A stretch of 64,000 nt of DNA, from contig JAFWYE010000006.1 of the NCBI GenBank assembly GCA_017517765.1, forward strand, positions 58,665 through 122,664. The letters run 5' to 3'. This document shows, one piece after another, positions 60,801 to 64,000 of the stretch (position 1 is the stretch's first letter; every line of letters starts with the position of its first letter). The position numbers and the translations under genes were made by a program. The notes under the pieces are model-generated. The model did not search any database, was not told where the DNA came from, and saw only the letters and a list, made by a program, of their open reading frames with translations. Source of the stretch: Bacilli bacterium. Lineage in GTDB: Bacteria > Bacillota_I > Bacilli_A > RFN20 > DUOF01.

Positions 60801-61631
60801 TTGATGAAGGATGTTAAATTAGAATACGCATTAAAAAATGGCAAATTGGTATCAATTTATGAAGTTGAAAAGGGATTAGATTGTGGTTGCATTTGTCCTC
60901 ATTGTAAAGAACCGCTGATAGCCAAACAAGGGGCCTGCAGAGAATTTCATTTTGCTCATTTATCTGGAAACATTTGCGAATTAGGATACCAAAAATCCAT
61001 CCATCTTCTTGCAATAAAAATATTAAATGAATGCAAAGAAATAACTTTGCCATCTGTACCACTTCCAATTAAATTTTCAAATCATACTTTTTCTGTAATC
61101 GATAAAACTCACGTGAAAATTGATCATATTGAAACAGAAAAAAAGGTTAACGATATAATTCCTGATTTAATAGCTTACATTAACGGCCGCCCTTTATTGA
61201 TAGAAATATGTGTCACACACAAAGTTGACAGTAATAAATTAAGAAAAATTCAAAACTCCAATCTTCCAGCAATAGAAATAAAATTAAGTCAAAATAAAAG
61301 TATTCTCTCTGAAGAAGAGTTTAAAAAATTACTTATATATGAAACACATAATAAGTTATGGTTAAATAATCCAAAAGCAAACAAATACTATGAAAAATTT
61401 ATTAAAGCATCTGAAAAATTACCGCTTTACTCAATTGATGATATTACGCATGCCAAAAACTGCCCAAAGCAAATAAGATATATAGAAAATGAGTATTACG
61501 CCAATTTATATAGGGATTGCGTAAATTGTAAATATAGCCTAGGATTTGATGCAGGTAATGTTTATTGTAACTACAACACCAAACTATTTTCTATTGAAGA
61601 TGTAAATAAAAAGTTAGAAGAATCATGCTAA
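60801..61631 (+). CDS. CoiA-like protein (Zn finger plus PD-(D/E)xK nuclease-like domain)
   Basis: CPHCKEPLIAKQG...HFAH..C, IIPDL...LLIEICVTH. Confidence 0.75.
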   Translation: MMKDVKLEYALKNGKLVSIYEVEKGLDCGCICPHCKEPLIAKQGACREFHFAHLSGNICELGYQKSIHLLAIKILNECKEITLPSVPLPIKFSNHTFSVIDKTHVKIDHIETEKKVNDIIPDLIAYINGRPLLIEICVTHKVDSNKLRKIQNSNLPAIEIKLSQNKSILSEEEFKKLLIYETHNKLWLNNPKANKYYEKFIKASEKLPLYSIDDITHAKNCPKQIRYIENEYYANLYRDCVNCKYSLGFDAGNVYCNYNTKLFSIEDVNKKLEESC

Positions 61632-61832
61632 CTCAACTAGCCATTTTATATAGCATACTCTACACAGAAAGCAAATTGATGACAATTAAATAACATGATT
61701 TCGCTATTACTATTGGAAGTCGCACCATTCATAACAACTACGAACTCTTCCATTAAGGAGAGTTCTTTTTTATTTCCATTGTTGATAATTTACAAAAAAA
61801 TAGACACCTAGTGGGGTCTATTTTTATTTTTA

Positions 61833-62936
61833 CTATCTTAGAAACAAGAAAACAAATATAAATATTATAGCAGCTGCTATTCCAATGATTGAAAGTACAA
61901 GTGCAACTACTTTTGCAGCTGAAGTAGGAGCTCCACCAGAGAATTGTCCAGTTTGCCCATTCATAACAAATCTATATTGATGACCATTATAGCTATATAA
62001 GCCATTATAGATAGGTACTAAAACTTGTTTGAATGTTACATCTTCATAAACCGTATGCATATGAAGGATTCTAACTTCATCTCCACCCACATCAAATTCA
62101 ATACTATTTCTAATTCTCCATTGAACAGATTGCTTTGCCTTATTAAATCCTTCTTCTAGTGGTAAAGAGATTTTCTCTCCTTGGTACCCCACTAAAAATT
62201 GAGGGTTGAATTTTTCCATACTAGTGAAATCAAATTTAGATACACGATTTATGTAATAATAGTTATTTTGATTTGTGCTTCCAAGAATCATTATATCATC
62301 AAAACTATTTCTACAATCTCCACTTCTAAATGACCAACGTGTTCTTCTCTCTCTTTCTTTTTTTACTTCGCCATTTATATCTCTTTTTTCTACTGTAACA
62401 TAATAATAATCTCCACGTTCAGCTCTATAATCAGTAAAACATTCCATATCAAAAGTCCAATAAGGTAAATATATTGGATATAAATCTAGTGCAAATTTTG
62501 CTCTTTTAAAAGCACTTGGAGCAAAGAATTTACCTTTTATCCATTTATGAAACTTTTGATTACACTCATTTATATCTAATTTGAATGGAACAATTCCTGC
62601 AATAGGAATTACTTCCTCTTCATTATTTGTCTCTATTACATGGCTTGAGCCACAAAAAGGACATACAGTAGAGGTAGTATTTTGATCATGTCTTAAATGC
62701 GCACCACAGTTCTTACAATTTAGGGAAGAAACCATTTCTTTTTTTAGTTTAGTTTGTCTTAGCTCATTAACCATTGCAAAATAGTCTTGTTCTTCCTCAT
62801 CTAAATCTCCTCTTCCCAAAGATTCAATTTCAAATAGAGAACTACAACTTACACACTTAAGTTTTCTAGTCTCAGTATCATATTCTAAATGTGACCCACA
62901 ATTTGGACACTTGCTTGTTATTTGATCATTAGCCAT
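61833..62936 (-). CDS. Zn-ribbon protein with C-terminal membrane anchor
   Basis: CPNCG, CVSC, CKNCG, CPFCG; YLPYWTFD; MNGQTG; terminal TM. Confidence 0.8.
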   Translation of the reverse strand: MANDQITSKCPNCGSHLEYDTETRKLKCVSCSSLFEIESLGRGDLDEEEQDYFAMVNELRQTKLKKEMVSSLNCKNCGAHLRHDQNTTSTVCPFCGSSHVIETNNEEEVIPIAGIVPFKLDINECNQKFHKWIKGKFFAPSAFKRAKFALDLYPIYLPYWTFDMECFTDYRAERGDYYYVTVEKRDINGEVKKERERRTRWSFRSGDCRNSFDDIMILGSTNQNNYYYINRVSKFDFTSMEKFNPQFLVGYQGEKISLPLEEGFNKAKQSVQWRIRNSIEFDVGGDEVRILHMHTVYEDVTFKQVLVPIYNGLYSYNGHQYRFVMNGQTGQFSGGAPTSAAKVVALVLSIIGIAAAIIFIFVFLFLR

Positions 62937-63083
62937 ATTCTCACACTTCCTTTTATAGTTCTATAATAACATTTATGAACATAAAGACTAATAAATATTA
63001 GCTATATTATAATTGATTTTAACCTTATTATATCTACTCTTTTGCAATTATAGATAGTGTGTTAAAATAAAATTGGTGATATT

Positions 63084-64000
63084 ATGGACACATATAATAG
63101 AAAAGATAAAAATCCGATTGAGACAATAAAAACTATTAAAACTATTTTAAAATCACTAGGTATCAAAATAAGAGAATATCCTCTTAAATCCATAAGTAAT
63201 TCCTACTATTCTATAAGAATAGAAATAAAAGGTTTTTACAATATGGGAAGTAATGGAAAAGGTATTAGCAAAGAGTTTGCTATGGCTAGTGCTTATGCAG
63301 AATTAATGGAAAGATTACAATCTAGAATGCTAATTAGAAATTACTTTTTAAATAAAGTTATAAATAAGCTTGATGAAAAAACAACCCTTAATAACATCAA
63401 AAAAATAGAAAACTATTATATTGGAGAAAAAGATGAAAATTTCTATGATTTTTTAGCTAATAGACCTGATTTTACTTCACTGGAAGAATTCACTAATCTA
63501 CACACTGATAAAAAAGAACTATTACCTAGTAAACTAATTGGAGCAGTATGTCACTCAAATGGTTTGTGTGCTGGAAACTCTTATCATGAAGCAATCTCAC
63601 AAGGGATATGTGAAATTTTAGAAAGATATGCTTATAAGGTTATCTTAACTAAAACTCCTACATTAAAGAATATAGCCATAAACGATACTCTTGATTGTAA
63701 AAAAGAGATTCAAGCTATAAAAGATTTAGGGCTAAATATTTCTATAAAAGATTGTAGTTTAGATAATACATATCCTGTTTTAGGAGTTCTTATTCAAACT
63801 GAAGATAAGCAAAAGTACGTATTTGCTTTAGCTAGTGATACTAACATTAATATCGCCATACAAAGATGTATTACAGAAATTTGCCAAGGGTTAAATTCCA
63901 AAGAAGACTTACTAAATAAAATGAAGCCATATAACAATAGCTTTGATAAATTAAATATCGAAGAAAAAAGGATAAACTGGTTAAAATGTTATTCAAGCAA
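63084..64000 (+). CDS. YcaO-like protein (3'-truncated by window end; absent from ORF track)
   Basis: Hand translation shows SNGKGISKEFAMASAYAELMER and HSNGLCAGNSYHEAISQGICEILER. Confidence 0.88.
   Translation, partial: MDTYNRKDKNPIETIKTIKTILKSLGIKIREYPLKSISNSYYSIRIEIKGFYNMGSNGKGISKEFAMASAYAELMERLQSRMLIRNYFLNKVINKLDEKTTLNNIKKIENYYIGEKDENFYDFLANRPDFTSLEEFTNLHTDKKELLPSKLIGAVCHSNGLCAGNSYHEAISQGICEILERYAYKVILTKTPTLKNIAINDTLDCKKEIQAIKDLGLNISIKDCSLDNTYPVLGVLIQTEDKQKYVFALASDTNINIAIQRCITEICQGLNSKEDLLNKMKPYNNSFDKLNIEEKRINWLKCYSS

Noticed and set aside
97-61068. Many 60-180 aa ORFs overlapping real genes (e.g. 410..649, 12359..12643, 46637..47185, 54476..54847, 60814..61068)
   Set aside because: Antisense shadows of well-supported genes, with no SD or motifs and biased composition
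1-64000. Mollicute-type recoding of TGA as Trp
   Set aside because: Core genes translate full-length under code 11 and TGA acts as a stop (e.g. ftsK, murG)

Overview
AT-rich chromosomal window (genetic code 11) from an endospore-forming, low-GC Firmicute; the proteins look Bacilli-like (taxonomy is inference). 1-26.5 kb is core: a detached mraZ-rsmH-ftsL block, rpmF, plsC, a gerB-A-C germinant receptor, acpS, ymfF/ymfH, ftsK, and murE-mraY-murD-spoVE-murG-murB-divIB-ftsA-ftsZ-spoIIGA-sigE-sigG-sepF. 26.5-40.3 kb has metabolic, feo and ABC genes plus an RsgI-domain lipoprotein. 40.4-55.5 kb is an integrase-less accessory region at the 3' end of a cotD-like spore coat gene, whose 3' end plus terminator occurs three times, defining two tandem cassettes. 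The 2-kb cassette holds a candidate ~300-nt highly structured ncRNA with its own promoter and an SMI1/KNR4-like protein. The 13-kb cassette holds a UvrD+Pif1 double-motor helicase, an HRDC-helicase IV-nuclease, and two operons that each start with the same promoter, an anti-SD-loop hairpin leader and a paralogous first gene. 55.5-64 kb: cotD-like, ppa, ylbJ/F/E/D, a YjcZ-like peptide, def, two tRNA-Arg, a CoiA-like islet, a Zn-ribbon protein and a partial YcaO gene. All calls come from motif reading by eye; no searches were run.
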